NCBI GenBank assembly: GCA_963921275.4
Contig: OZ001293.3
Coordinates: 800,001 to 864,000 of the forward strand
Direction of reading: 5' to 3'
Source of the DNA: an uncultured Hormoscilla sp.
GTDB lineage: Bacteria; Cyanobacteriota; Cyanobacteriia; Cyanobacteriales; Desertifilaceae
DNA: 64,000 nt
The translations under genes were made by a program, and so were the position numbers. Below are positions 23,206-34,847 of the stretch, piece by piece. The number at the start of each line of letters is the position of its first letter. Position 1 is the first letter of the stretch. The notes under the pieces were generated by a model. It was not told where the DNA came from. It did no database searches and worked only from the letters and a program-made list of their open reading frames with translations.

Positions 23206-23796
23206 TTATCGCTTGATCGCGTAGCGTGCGCGCTGCGCATTCGCTCCTGACAAGGGAGTGCCTAGCTCACTGAGGTTAAGGATATGACCAGCAGTAACCA
23301 GGTAAACTGGATGGGCTACCGCAGCGATGTGGCGCACTAGCGTGCTGAGGCGATCGCGAAACAGCCGACCAATAGGATAAGCTGGAACCAGGCCCCACCC
23401 TGTCTCTTCAGCCACCAAAATCACATCAGCAGCAGTCCGCTGCAAACAGGAAAGCATTGCCTGCTGGGTCTGATTCCAGCTTACATCATCCTGGTGCAAT
23501 AAATTTGCCAGCCAAGTTCCCACTGAATCGATCAATAGACAGCTATTCGCCCCATATAGCTCAATTGTGGCCGCCAACTCGATCGGCACTTCCAGAGTTT
23601 TCCAGCTGGGGGGACGCCGCCGCTGGTGCAGTACAATCCGATTATGCCACTCCCGATCCGTCGGGTCAGTAGCAGCGGTTGCCACATAGACCACCTGTTT
23701 GCCCGTACCCGTGGCCAGGGTCTCAGCCCATTCGCTCTTTCCAGACCGGGCCGGTCCTGTCACCAGGATGAATTGCCTTGCCTGAGAAGATGTCAT
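23206..23796 (-). CDS. cobU: Adenosylcobinamide kinase / phosphate guanylyltransferase
   Basis: TGPARSGKS, EETGWGLVP, GRLFRD motifs. Confidence 0.93.
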   Translation of the reverse strand: MTSSQARQFILVTGPARSGKSEWAETLATGTGKQVVYVATAATDPTDREWHNRIVLHQRRRPPSWKTLEVPIELAATIELYGANSCLLIDSVGTWLANLLHQDDVSWNQTQQAMLSCLQRTAADVILVAEETGWGLVPAYPIGRLFRDRLSTLVRHIAAVAHPVYLVTAGHILNLSELGTPLSGANAQRARYAIKR

Positions 23797-23865
23797 GTAG
23801 TTTGGGAGAGATTTCTGGGCAATATCTAATATAACAGTAAAGGAACTCTCATTACAAATAGCGGC

Positions 23866-26800
23866 ATGAAACCGGAATTGGAGCGGATTGAGGCTACATT
23901 GGCTCAAATTATAGCAGAGCAAAACAATAATGTAAAAAGGGGTGCGATTCGTTTAGTGTAAACCACCGGCGATAAGCCGACGGGGGACCACTAGCAGGGT
24001 TTCATTAGCCCTGATAACTTTTAGATGATGGTGGTGAAAGCCCACCCCTCCAGGTGCAGGAGTGAAAGCGTAACCCCTACGGTAGCGATGGCATCAATCC
24101 GTAAAGCGGGGTTAAAAGGCGCAGTAACTGGTAGCCCTTACCGGTCATCGCCAAGCAAGTAGTCATGGTGAGCGAAAGCAAAGACTCATAAGTGTCGTTA
24201 CACTAAACCAGTGAAAAGGCTGAGAAGCTGGCCCAAAAGGGAAAGGATAATGGTCATTGGCGGTTCCTTTCCCGACCAATAAGCACTGACAATAAACCCG
24301 GCATAAAGAGCCCATCTAAAACTACGACCAATCATTTAGAGGAGCGAAGTAAACCAGATACACACCCTTAACTACCGGTCGATAGGTTGAGTAGCCACCA
24401 CAGGCGCAACATCTGCTCTCATCAGGCAGGTTGTATCTGGGAAAGATTTCGCGGAGAAGCTAACGCCCGTCTGTAATGGATGGGATATGCTGACGCCCTC
24501 ACGGTAACGTCAATTGTGAAGTTGTAAGTAGCAATGCATACGTCATGAGCACGATATCAGAATCGATGAATGAATGGAAGGATATCCCCTGGCCTCGGCT
24601 GGAGCGGGTAGTCTTTAAGTTGCAAAAGCGAATTTACAGAGCGGCAATGGAAGGCGTAATAAGCGACCAGTTCGCAGACTCCAAAGGTTACTGGTAAAAT
24701 CCCGGGCTGCCAAAAGTCTAGCGGTACGACAGGTAACACAAGATAACCAGGGAAAGAAAACGGCGGGAGTGGACGGTGTTAAAGCACTGACCCCGAAGCA
24801 ACGCTTAGAACTGGTAGGACAAATTGAAATCTCAAACAAGGCCAGGCCAACACGTAGAGTATCGATTCCCAAGCCAGGGAGAGAGGAAAAGCGTCCTTTA
24901 GGAATACCAACGATGAACGACCGCGCGACACAAGGATGGGGTCGAGCCGGGAATCGCTTCCCGACCCTCCCTTGAGGAACCGGACTTGCGATTTTCACCG
25001 CATCCGGCTACTGGGTACTAGGCCCTTTTCATAGGTAGACTTAATAGGAATTACTTCCGTTAGCCCTTGCCGCCTGTCTTTTCTTCCCTTTCCTGGTTTA
25101 GCGAGTGGTTGTTCTGATAACCGTTAGTATCACCATTTTCAAGTCAGTTTTACCAGTTATCCATACCTTATCCTCCACTTGCGTTTCGGATTAGTTCCGT
25201 GGCTTTTTAGGATTACTCATTCCAGCAGCTTCCTAGTATCACCGACCCACGTCAGCGCTGGCTACCCAGCATCATCTACATTACTGTAGATGTTATCCCA
25301 GGAATTACCCCGGGCATTCGCTTCTTGGGCCATCCCTCCCCCCGTGGCTTGCGCTTAACATCTAACTTGTCCTGATGGACAGCACACGAGAGGTTACTTC
25401 GTTCCCTAACAACATTTCGCGATACCTTTAGGTCCACACTATACCCCGGGAGCTATTTGAGTACTATATTAGCCAGAGTCTAAAACTAATACTAGCTACC
25501 ATTTCCTTTTTAGGCCAGCGCATATAGCCTTATTTCGCTGGTTCCTTATAACGAGGCTTGCACATGTTTGCCTGCTCTAACCTTGGATATCTTTCCTAGC
25601 GGCGTCACCGGCTTAGGCTGCCAGTTATCCTACATTTGAGTCCTCGCTTAGCACCACGATGATGTCGCTTCGTAGCACCGAGGACCGGTGTCACCCCCGT
25701 ACCTGGGGGGAGGGGAATTTAACCCCCATGCGGTCAGAGTTCCTGGCTAATGAAACCGGGCTAGCGTTCCGTGTTTGACCACGTTAGGCTAGAACGAATC
25801 GCACGGATGGGGTCGAGCCGGGAATCGCTTCCCGACCCTCCCTTGAGGAACCGGACTTGCGATTTTCACCGCATCCGGCTACTGGGTACTAGGCCCTTTT
25901 CATAGGTAGACTTAATAGGAATTACTTCCGTTAGCCCTTGCCGCCTGTCTTTTCTTCCCTTTCCTGGTTTAGCGAGTGGTTGTTCTGATAACCGTTAGTA
26001 TCACCATTTTCAAGTCAGTTTTACCAGTTATCCATACCTTATCCTCCACTTGCGTTTCGGATTAGTTCCGTGGCTTTTTAGGATTACTCATTCCAGCAGC
26101 TTCCTAGTATCACCGACCCACGTCAGCGCTGGCTACCCAGCATCATCTACATTACTGTAGATGTTATCCCAGGAATTACCCCGGGCATTCGCTTCTTGGG
26201 CCATCCCTCCCCCCGTGGCTTGCGCTTAACATCTAACTTGTCCTGATGGACAGCACACGAGAGGTTACTTCGTTCCCTAACAACATTTCGCGATACCTTT
26301 AGGTCCACACTATACCCCGGGAGCTATTTGAGTACTATATTAGCCAGAGTCTAAAACTAATACTAGCTACCATTTCCTTTTTAGGCCAGCGCATATAGCC
26401 TTATTTCGCTGGTTCCTTATAACGAGGCTTGCACATGTTTGCCTGCTCTAACCTTGGATATCTTTCCTAGCGGCGTCACCGGCTTAGGCTGCCAGTTATC
26501 CTACATTTGAGTCCTCGCTTAGCACCACGATGATGTCGCTTCGTAGCACCGAGGACCGGTGTCACCCCCGTACCTGGGGGGAGGGGAATTTAACCCCCAT
26601 GCGGTCAGAGTTCCCGGCTAATGAAACCGGGCTAGCGTTCCGTGTTTGACCACGTTAGGCTAGAACGAATCGCACGGACTCCTCAAGATTACGCTCGAAC
26701 CTGAATGGGAGGCGTATATGAAAGGGAACTCCTACGGGTTCAGACCGGGTAGGGGATGTCACGATGCAATCCAGGCAATATTTGATAGCATCAGATATAA

Positions 26801-28837
26801 ACCCAAGTGGGTAATGGATGCTGATATTGCAAAATGCTTCGATAAGATTGACCACAAAGCGCTAATGAAAAAATTAAATACAACGTCACCAATCCGTAAG
26901 CAAATACGGGCATGGTTAAAAGCCGGGGTGATGGACAAAGGAGAATGGCATGCAACCGAAGCGGGAACTCCCCAAGGGGGAGTCATATCACCACTACTAG
27001 CCAACATAGCCTTACATGGGTTAGAGGAGGCAGTAAAGGAACTCGCCAGGACACAAAGGGAAAAGCAAAAGCTGACGGTAATCAGGTATGTTGATGACTT
27101 TGTGATAATACATGAAGATAGGGAGATAATAGACAGAGCGCAGACAGTGGTGGCAAAGTGGCTAAAGGGAATGGGGCTAGAGTTGAAAGCCGAAAAGACA
27201 AAAATAACTCATACGCTAAAGGGAGAAAAACCGGGATTTGATTTCCTGGGGTTCAACATAAGGCAATATGAGACGGGTAAATACAGAGCCAACAAATCAC
27301 CCCAAGGAATACCCCTAGGGTTCAAAACCCTAATCAAACCCAGTAATAAGTCCGTAGGTAAGCATAAAGAACGGTTATCAGAAATGGTCGCCAGCCATAA
27401 AGCAACACCACAGACAGCCTTGATAAGTAGGCTAAACCCGATAATACGGGGATGGTCAAACTATTACAGAACTGTGGTGAGTAAGGAAACTTACAGCGAC
27501 ATGGATAACTACCTATGGAACATCCTATGGCAATGGGCCAAAAGGAGACATCCCAAAAAGTCAAGTCACTGGATAGCCCGTAAGTACTGGTCTAAAGACC
27601 AGGGTGGTAAATGGCGATTCCGATGCAAGACAGGAGAGGGAGAGATAACGCTGTGCAAACATACTGAGATAATCAGACAAGTAAAAGTAAAAGGCACAGC
27701 AAGCCCATACGATGGGAACCTTACATATTGGAGTACGAGATTAGGCAAAAGCCCCGAACTGAGCAAGAGAGTGGCAACAGTATTGAAGAGGCAAAAGGGA
27801 AAATGTCAATACTGCGGATTAACGTTTATGGACAGTGACAAATGAGAAGTTGACCAGATCAAGCTTCTTTCATTAGCTTACCATTACTCGCATAATTCTT
27901 TACAATCTTAAAACCCTTATGGTACAAAGATTCTGAGACTTAGCATCCTCAACGGGGTTGACAAAAATCCCGACCTCTTTCTTGATAAATTATTTAATTT
28001 ATTGAGAATGACTTAGGAAGTAATCAGGGTTTCACCCCCCATAGTGGCCACAGAGAGAAATGTTAAGAAATATGTGAGTAAAGCATAGTTTCATTAGGGG
28101 GTAAGGACCGGTATGACAACCTACAGTTGCTGCACAAGCATTGCCACGATATAAAGACTGCCAGCGATGGCAGCAAAAACAGCCGTACCCATGACAAAGG
28201 TGGCGTTACTGAGGAGCCGGATGACGCGAAAGTGTCAAGTCCGGTTCTGAAGACGAGTCGAGGTGGTGACACCCTGGCTTAGTTTAATTCCGCTATTCAG
28301 AAAAATCAGACCTACTCCTTTGACTTACTACCCAAAACCCCGCCAGAAATCAAAGCGACAATCCCTCCCATACAGCCCTTGTCGCAAGAGAACCGGTCCA
28401 AGACGCCAGCACTGCCCAAGCTGAAAACTCATAGCTTTAGCTCTCATCAAAACGCAGCCAACCCATATCTGGCAATCAATCTGTTGCAAGAAATTCAGGG
28501 GGTAGTCACCGGCTGGCAGCGGGATTTGCAGCAAGTACATGCAGAAATTCAAGACCTGTACCGAGAAGGACCGATAGTGGATGGCTGGTTAGAGTCCAAT
28601 CCGACAGGAGGAGGTAAGCTTGATGTGGCAGCGGGCTATCGCCTGTGCAGACTAGAGTCCAACGGCAAGTTGTGGTTCTGTCCCTGTCCTCCAGACCAGG
28701 TGGCCACTGTCTCGGTGGCGATCGCCCGCTATCATCAGCTGCGACAACTGCTCAGTCGCAAGCAAGATCTGGAATCTCGTCTGACCCAATTATCTGAAGC
28801 CTTGGTAATTTTGCACGGGCAACTGCGTGAAGCATAG
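23866..28837 (+). CDS. Conserved hypothetical gene split by an RT-type group II intron (exon 1 23866-23941, exon 2 about 28290-28837); probably inactivated
   Basis: MKPELERIEATL before the intron; open frame after it leading into GPIVDGWLES. Confidence 0.6.
24934..25804 (-). mobile_element. ORF-less group II intron (871 nt), tandem copy A
   Basis: Starts GTGCGATTCG on - strand; canonical D5 AGCCGGATGCGGTGAAAATCGCAAGTCCGGTT. Confidence 0.92.
25805..26675 (-). mobile_element. ORF-less group II intron (871 nt), tandem copy B
   Basis: Head-to-tail duplicate; removing both copies restores RT sequence DRATQ|GLLKITLEPEW. Confidence 0.92.
27877..28088. mobile_element. 212-bp MITE
   Basis: 9-bp TSD TTTCATTAG; imperfect 28-bp TIRs; excision restores LSLGGKDRYDNLQLLH. 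Confidence 0.85.
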
Positions 28838-28844
28838 GGAAGAT

Positions 28845-29550
28845 ATGACTGAGCCGAAAATTTCAGCAATTATCTGTACTCACAATCGGGATAATTATCT
28901 GGGAGCAGCCATAGATAGCTTGCTGACCCAGGACTTTCCCGATTTTGAAGTCCTGGTAGTAGATAATGGTTCGAGCGATCGCACTCGTGAAGTAGTAGAA
29001 GCGAGACTATCCGATCCGCGCCTCCAGTATGTCTTTGAGCCAGTCCTGGGTCTATCCGTAGCGCGGAACAGGGGCGCAGGCCAGACAACGGGTGAGATTA
29101 TTACCTATCTGGACGACGATGCCGTTGCCAGTCCCAGCTGGCTGAGCATTCTTTACCAAGCCTATCAGCAAAACGAGAAGCTAGCGATCGCGGGTGGCAA
29201 AGTTACGCTAATATGGCCAGAGGGCATTACCCCTCCCCCCTGGCTGACTCCAGGACTAGCGGGGAATCTAGGAGCCTACGACCTCGGGGACCGCCTGGTT
29301 TACATCGAGAGTCCAGGTCTGACTCCCAGAGGTTTAAACTACTCTATCCGCCGGTCATAATGTGGCCCCAGAGCGCATCAAACGCAGCTGGTTCCTGAAT
29401 CGAGGCTGGTGGCAAGGCATCAGCGAGTGCTATCGAGAACAGCTAGTTAGTAGAGCCGGTCGGGCGCAGCTGGGGCGAGGTGGGGAACGTCTGGTGCGAG
29501 GACTGTACAAAGCCCTGAAATATTTTCCCGACCCGGCCCAGCGGTTTGAT
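28845..29550 (+). pseudogene. GT2 glycosyltransferase with internal deletion and 3' end cut by IS630
   Basis: IICTHNR, VVDNGS, YLDDD; frame breaks after NYSIRR. Confidence 0.85.
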
Positions 29551-30095
29551 ATACTTCACTTGGTCAGGATTTGAGCTTTATCGATAATTTGAAATTTCAG
29601 ATTTAGCAGAGATTTAAGCTCTTCTTTATGGACGGTATGAGCGCTGTCTATTATAGTAGTGATTGCTGATTTGAATGCATCAAAATTCTCATAATATTGA
29701 GAATTTAAACATCTTTTTTTGACCCATTTCCACAATCTTTCTATTAAATTTAAGTTAGGAGAATATGAGGGCAAATATAATAAATCTATATTGAGTTTTT
29801 TAGCTCTTTCCCAAACTAAATTGCATTTTTGATATCGGGCATTGTCCATAACTAATGAAATTGGTATTGACGGCAATTTTCTGCGAATTTTTGATAATAA
29901 TTCACAAACCGTTTCCGCCTTAATATAGGTATCATTAGTTACAGTTATTACTTCGGAAGTAATAGCATTTAAAGCTCCTAAAACATTGAACCGTTTTCGA
30001 CCAAATGGTGTTTTGATAAAAATTATTTTAAAACACCACAAAAATCCCAGAAAAGCTCCCATTACAAAATGCGCTCGCTCGTCAAGAAAGTACAG
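29551..30095 (-). mobile_element. IS630-family remnant (3' half)
   Basis: VMDNARYQ, YLPSYSPNLNLIERLWK; abuts TA. Confidence 0.85.
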
Positions 30096-30214
30096 GCGCA
30101 CGCCCGGGACGTAAGGCAATATTTCGCTAAGAAATCATCGGCGATCGTGTTGTGGTCTGACCATAAGCGCTGGTAATCTATTTATCAGTCCTGCCCACTA
30201 AAGCCCGATTGCCT

Positions 30215-31581
30215 GGGTACATCTCAGTTAGGCGATGAGTAATTATACTTAGTGCTTGTCTCCCTCAAAACGGTACATAATTTAGGCACTGTTGACCACC
30301 CTTGACCCATGAACTCCCAAAAGCAGGCTGAACTCCAGCAACATCTTGACGCGATTGCCGCGATTCTCTACCAGGAAGCCGACCCCACTGAACTCACCAC
30401 CCTTGAAGGCATTGAGAAAAACGTTCGTGCGCTTGCCCAAGAACACGTCTGGCCTCAACTAGGAATTTTTTTATCAACACGGCGACTTCCCGCCGCACCG
30501 GAAAACAGCGTACCCTGACCAGTATCCTGGGCAAACTAACCCTCACCACTGCTCAAGCCCAACAACTGCAAGTTAAACCGGGAACTCGTTGGAGTCCGTA
30601 TGTGGAAAAATGTTGTTGGGTCGTCAGTGCCAATGCCTCTTACCAGAGAGCCGATTTTTCGGGCCGTCCGCGGACCGTACAAGATCTCGCGATGCTGACT
30701 GGGGTGAGCATCTCCACAGTACGCTCCAACGCTTTGTTCAACGAGAGGACTGGTCTGAGGTAGAGATAGCTGAACCGATTCAGGAGCTCAGCTTGGATGG
30801 CGGCATGATTCGCCTTCGTACCGATTTTTCGGGCCGTCCGCGGACCGTGGAGGGTCAACCTGGTGAGTGGCGAGAATACAAAGCCTTAAATGTCCATGAG
30901 CAAGGCAGTGTGGCTTTCTTCAAGGATAATCAAGGGCTGCTTGAGTGGGTGAATGCCCAGCCCCTCGGGGCGCAGTTCACCGGTCTCGGAGATGGTCATG
31001 ATGGGGTGTGGAACATTTTCAGTGGTATCGGGACACCAGAACAACGTATCGAAGTGCTCGATTGGTATCACCTAATGGAAAATGCCAATAAGGTGCAAGG
31101 GACACCGGCTCAATCCGATTTTTCGGGTCGTCCGCGGACCGTGCAGATCCGATTTTTCGGGCCGTCCGCGGACCGTGCACTCCTGTGGCGAGGGGAGACC
31201 CAGAGGGCGATTAGTTATCTGCGCCAACAGCAATGTCGGGGAGCCACAGGGTTGATCAACTACTTGAAGCACCATCAGACGCGCATCATTGACTACCAGG
31301 CTAGCCCTCCTGGCGTCGGGCCGCTGCGCGAACGGGCAGGCAGCTCGGCACTCGATTGGCTCTGGTCGGGTTGAGTCCCTGGTGAAACAAATTGGGTTAA
31401 GGGTGAAATTACCGGGGGCACAATGGCGAGCCGAGAATGTGCCGATTTTTCGGGCCGTCCGCGGACCGTAGGTGTTGAAGCATCGCTGTGCCTACCTGAA
31501 TGGCGCATTAGTTGCCTAATCAGACTCAGTAAATCCACTTTTGCTGAGTAAATATACTCATCGCCTAACTGAGATGCACCC
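30215..31581 (+). mobile_element. ISKra4-family element, decayed, with five 24-nt micro-insertions
   Basis: TIR GGGT(A/G)CATCTCAGTTAGGCGATGAGTA; 8-bp TSD GATTGCCT; LGDGHDGVWN, LDWYHL, IGSGRVES motifs. Confidence 0.9.
30655..31469 (+). repeat. Five copies of 24-nt TTTTTCGGGCCGTCCGCGGACCGT, each after CCGA
   Basis: At 30655, 30825, 31119, 31153 and 31446; the 31119 copy has one substitution. Confidence 0.92.
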
Positions 31582-32712
31582 GATTGCCTAATATACGATC
31601 CAGACAATCTCGACTCGATCAATTGGCGTGGCGACGGGCCAATGCCATTAATCTACTACAACCCTGAGGAAATGGTGTCGCCGATCAAAGACGTACATCA
31701 CGAGTTAGGAAAGAGGCATTTCTTAAACACTGGCGAGCCGAGAACGGGCAAGTCTCACAAATCATCATCAGCGCATCCTGATGACTTTGATTTAGAGAGG
31801 GAGAACGTGCTTCTTGAGCGCAAGAATGGGGAGGTCGAGCAGTGCGGGCACGAGCCAAAGATATGGTATTTGACAAACTCACCTAAGAACCCTACCAATG
31901 CACCATTAGAAGAGAATTTTGAAGCTTTACCATCTTGGGCCGAACGCCTATATGCTGGTGACAAGACAACGCCAAGCGGTCGGAGCTATCATCACTCCCA
32001 TGATGGTAATGGTAAATATGTCCCTATTCCAAACAGCGGCAATTGCGGCAGGGCGGAATCTCACAAAGCGTTGATGGCGCTTGGTTACTCGCATTAAGAA
32101 ACAACAGGACTGCTATGCCCTACCTGTCCGTTTTACGAGCCAGATCCCAAAAAAGCGGAGGATGGCAAACCATCATGCAATTGGGGGATAGGATCGAGAA
32201 AAGTGCGGGATGAGCGCTCGGGTCCGAACGATACAGATTTCCCTTATGGCTTCATATTTCAGCGCTGGAGCAGAATCAAAGATGAGCGGCAAATAAGCTT
32301 GCATCCCAACCAGGCCCCTACACGGCGTCTGCAGGATGGATTGATTGGCATTTCCCCCATTAGTGATGTTGTAGTGTGGGACGATCTTTTGCCGCAGACC
32401 ACGAAAGGTTATTATGTTAACATAGTAGGCGTTAGGGCAGTAATAGCTCAATTAGCGCTTAACGAGCACCGGATGAAGGAGAAAGGTGATGATGAGCAAT
32501 CAGCTATTGCTGGGCAGTTGCCATGGCTCCTTATGCCAATGCTGGGATACTTAATAAAAAACATTGTTGACAAACCAGCCCACCAGAAATTACCTCACGG
32601 CATGGGCGATCGCCAATTCTGGATGGAGTATTGCAAGGCAATACTCCGGACAAAATTAGGAGGCTATGGCCCCGTAGGCAAGCAGGTTCTGGTAGTAGGG
32701 CGTGAGATTTAA
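31582..32712 (+). pseudogene. Remnant of a P-loop (primase/helicase-like) protein
   Basis: Walker-A-like GEPRTGKSH, CPTC, Walker-B-like VVVWDD; stops and frameshift. Confidence 0.4.
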
Positions 32713-32881
32713 TTTTTCGTTGGCTCATACAAGGAAATAAATAAGTTCATGCATATGCTCCCAATCGCGCGTTTATAGGAAGCAAGATTCGAAACTCAAC
32801 TCCGTGGCTGTGTCTTGGGACACAGGTTGCTGGCCCTTGACTGTTGTCTTGCTGTTTTGGCTTTCCGGACTGGCCGTGAAA

Positions 32882-33707
32882 GATATCTCTGCTCCTTGCT
32901 CTTGTCCCAGGGGACATGGGTGGCGCAGCCATGGCTGCGCCACCCATGGCTGCGCCACGCTACGCGATACGCGGACGGCACACAGGAGACATCGAGACTA
33001 GCATTTTCGATATCTCTGCTCCTTGCTCTTGTCCCAGGGTCCATACGGCACACAGGAGACATCGACATGGGAATCTCCTGCTTAGTCGTGAGGGTGCCGT
33101 TCCTACGGCAAGCCCAGTAAACTGACGCCCCTGCGCGGAAAATGAATTTAATCTGGAACCTAGGGTCTCCGCATCGTGTGATCGCATCTTTTTGTCAATA
33201 TCCAGGTCAGCCATCGAACTTGCACCACATAAGCGCCCTTGCTATTGTGCTCAAAGAGCAAATAGACCAACCGAATGCGCCGACAGTATCACTTGACAAT
33301 TGCGTGATCTAACATATTATCACCCATGTCAAGTGATACTGGCTTTCGATATCTCTGCTCCTTGCTCTTGTCCCAGGGGACATGGCTGCGCCACCCATGG
33401 CTGCGCCACGCTACGCGCTACGCGCTACGCGATACGCGGACGGCACACAGGAGACATCGGAGACTCACAGACCACACCACCTTCGAGATCTCTGCCGGTG
33501 CTCTTGTCCCAGGGTCCATACGGCACACAGGAGACATCGTCGTCCCCTTCTTTTCTGTGGTCCGATGCACTTCTTACTTTTCGAGATCTCTGCCGGTGCT
33601 CTTGTCCCAGGGTCCATACGGCACACAGGAGACATCGGCGATAGGTACGCATGGCTGCGCCTCCAGCGAAGATATCTCTGCTCCTTGCTCTTGTCCCAGG
33701 GTCCATA
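32882..33707 (+). repeat. Six co-oriented copies of an about 56-nt element (CGA.ATCTCTGC..TGCTCTTGTCCCAGGGTCCATACGGCACACAGGAGACATCG)
   Basis: Copies near 32882, 33008, 33347, 33484, 33582, 33671; two contain nested repeats. Confidence 0.85.
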
Positions 33708-33989
33708 GGGCCGTGTATTTATAGAGTTCATGGTTGCGTCCCCAGCGCAGCGCTAGGTTGACAAGTGGCTGTACCGACGAGGGGGAGAGTTTAGTTGACA
33801 ATGCCTAATGGCCACGAAAATGGTGGTTATCAATGGTCAAGAACTGGCAAGGGGGTTTGTAGAAATGGCCTGCTGTTTCCAGCAGTGAGGCTAGAAGACT
33901 CTCTGAGACTATCCCAGGAGTGCTTCTTAGATTTGGTTTACTACAACACTCTACAGAGTGGATAGCTTTCGGACCAACTCCCTTTTCAA

Positions 33990-34302
33990 CTGGCTGTCGT
34001 CATACATATGTATGACGATGACTGGATATTAACAATAGTGAATTATAAAAATTCTTCTCAAAACTGTCCGGACTATTGAACAATGTAATTCTCAAAAAAT
34101 GTCATAAACCGGTAGGTAAAGAAACTGGAAAAACTAATCATATTGAAAGGTTAAACAACACATTGAGACAAATAATTAGTCCCTTGGTTCGTCAAACATT
34201 ATCATTCTATAAGTGGAAAATCACGCGATTTGGTATTTTGTGCATAATTACAACAAATGCTTGTCGGGTTAGTTGTGCCATCACTACATGTTTATCACTA
34301 CC
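33990..34302 (+). mobile_element. IS1-family remnant
   Basis: VGKETGKTNHIERLNNTLRQ; right end ATCACTACC. Confidence 0.8.
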
Positions 34303-34603
34303 AAAGAACATAGTGAATTTTGAGCAGATGTATTATCAGAATTGGGCGAACCAACATAATTTCAATTTTTAATCAACTCAGTGGGTGAAAAAATAGCCGT
34401 AGTCCTTGACTTCGACAAACACGGCGAACTCTGGGAATATGTATACGTATACTTTGGTATCATTACTGATGATATAGGAGATGAACCAGACGTTACCCTG
34501 GAATAATTTGAAAGTCAGCTAATGGAGAGAAAAAAGTTGAATGTCTGATTACCAAGTCATTATTCAACCATCAGCCAAAAAAGACCTAAAGGTAATTTTC
34601 TAG
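34303..34603 (+). pseudogene. Decayed duplicate of the adjacent antitoxin and the start of relE
   Basis: Aligns with 34690-34847 and has MSDYQVIIQPSAKKDL; several stops. Confidence 0.7.
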
Positions 34604-34847
34604 ATATCAGATTAGGAGATGACAAGCGATGCGAGGAGTTCAATTTTTAACGGACCATCAAGGCCAGAAAACTGCGGCAATTGTTGACCTAAAAGAACCT
34701 AGTGGTTTTGGGCAGATATATTATCGGAATTGGGCGAACCAACAGACTTCCAGTTCTTAATCAACTCAGTCGGGGAAAAAATAGCCGTAGTCCTTGACTT
34801 CGAGAAACACGGGGAACTATGGGAAGATGTATATGATGGTCTAATTG

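Larger units (their letters stand above)
24545..28282 (+). pseudogene. ltrA: Group II intron RT/maturase/HNH, inactivated
   Basis: GTPQGG and YVDD motifs; frameshift near 24657, nested introns, TGA 27843, MITE in the HNH domain. Confidence 0.9.
23942..28288 (+). mobile_element. Group II intron (chloroplast-like class) with RT ORF, hosting two nested introns and a MITE
   Basis: Starts GTGCGATTCG; D5 GAGCCGGATGACGCGAAAGTGTCAAGTCCGGTTC; EBS1 TCCTTT pairs with exon end AAAGGG. Confidence 0.92.

Noticed and set aside
30651..31469. CRISPR array from the 28-nt repeat
   Set aside because: Intervening DNA is continuous transposase sequence and spacing ranges from 10 to about 270 nt
32882..33707. CRISPR array
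   Set aside because: Repeats are about 56 nt, spacing is irregular (about 12 to 280 nt), some copies hold nested inserts, and no cas genes are in the window
32747..33801. Many short overlapping ORFs
   Set aside because: Produced by GC-rich, stop-poor repeats
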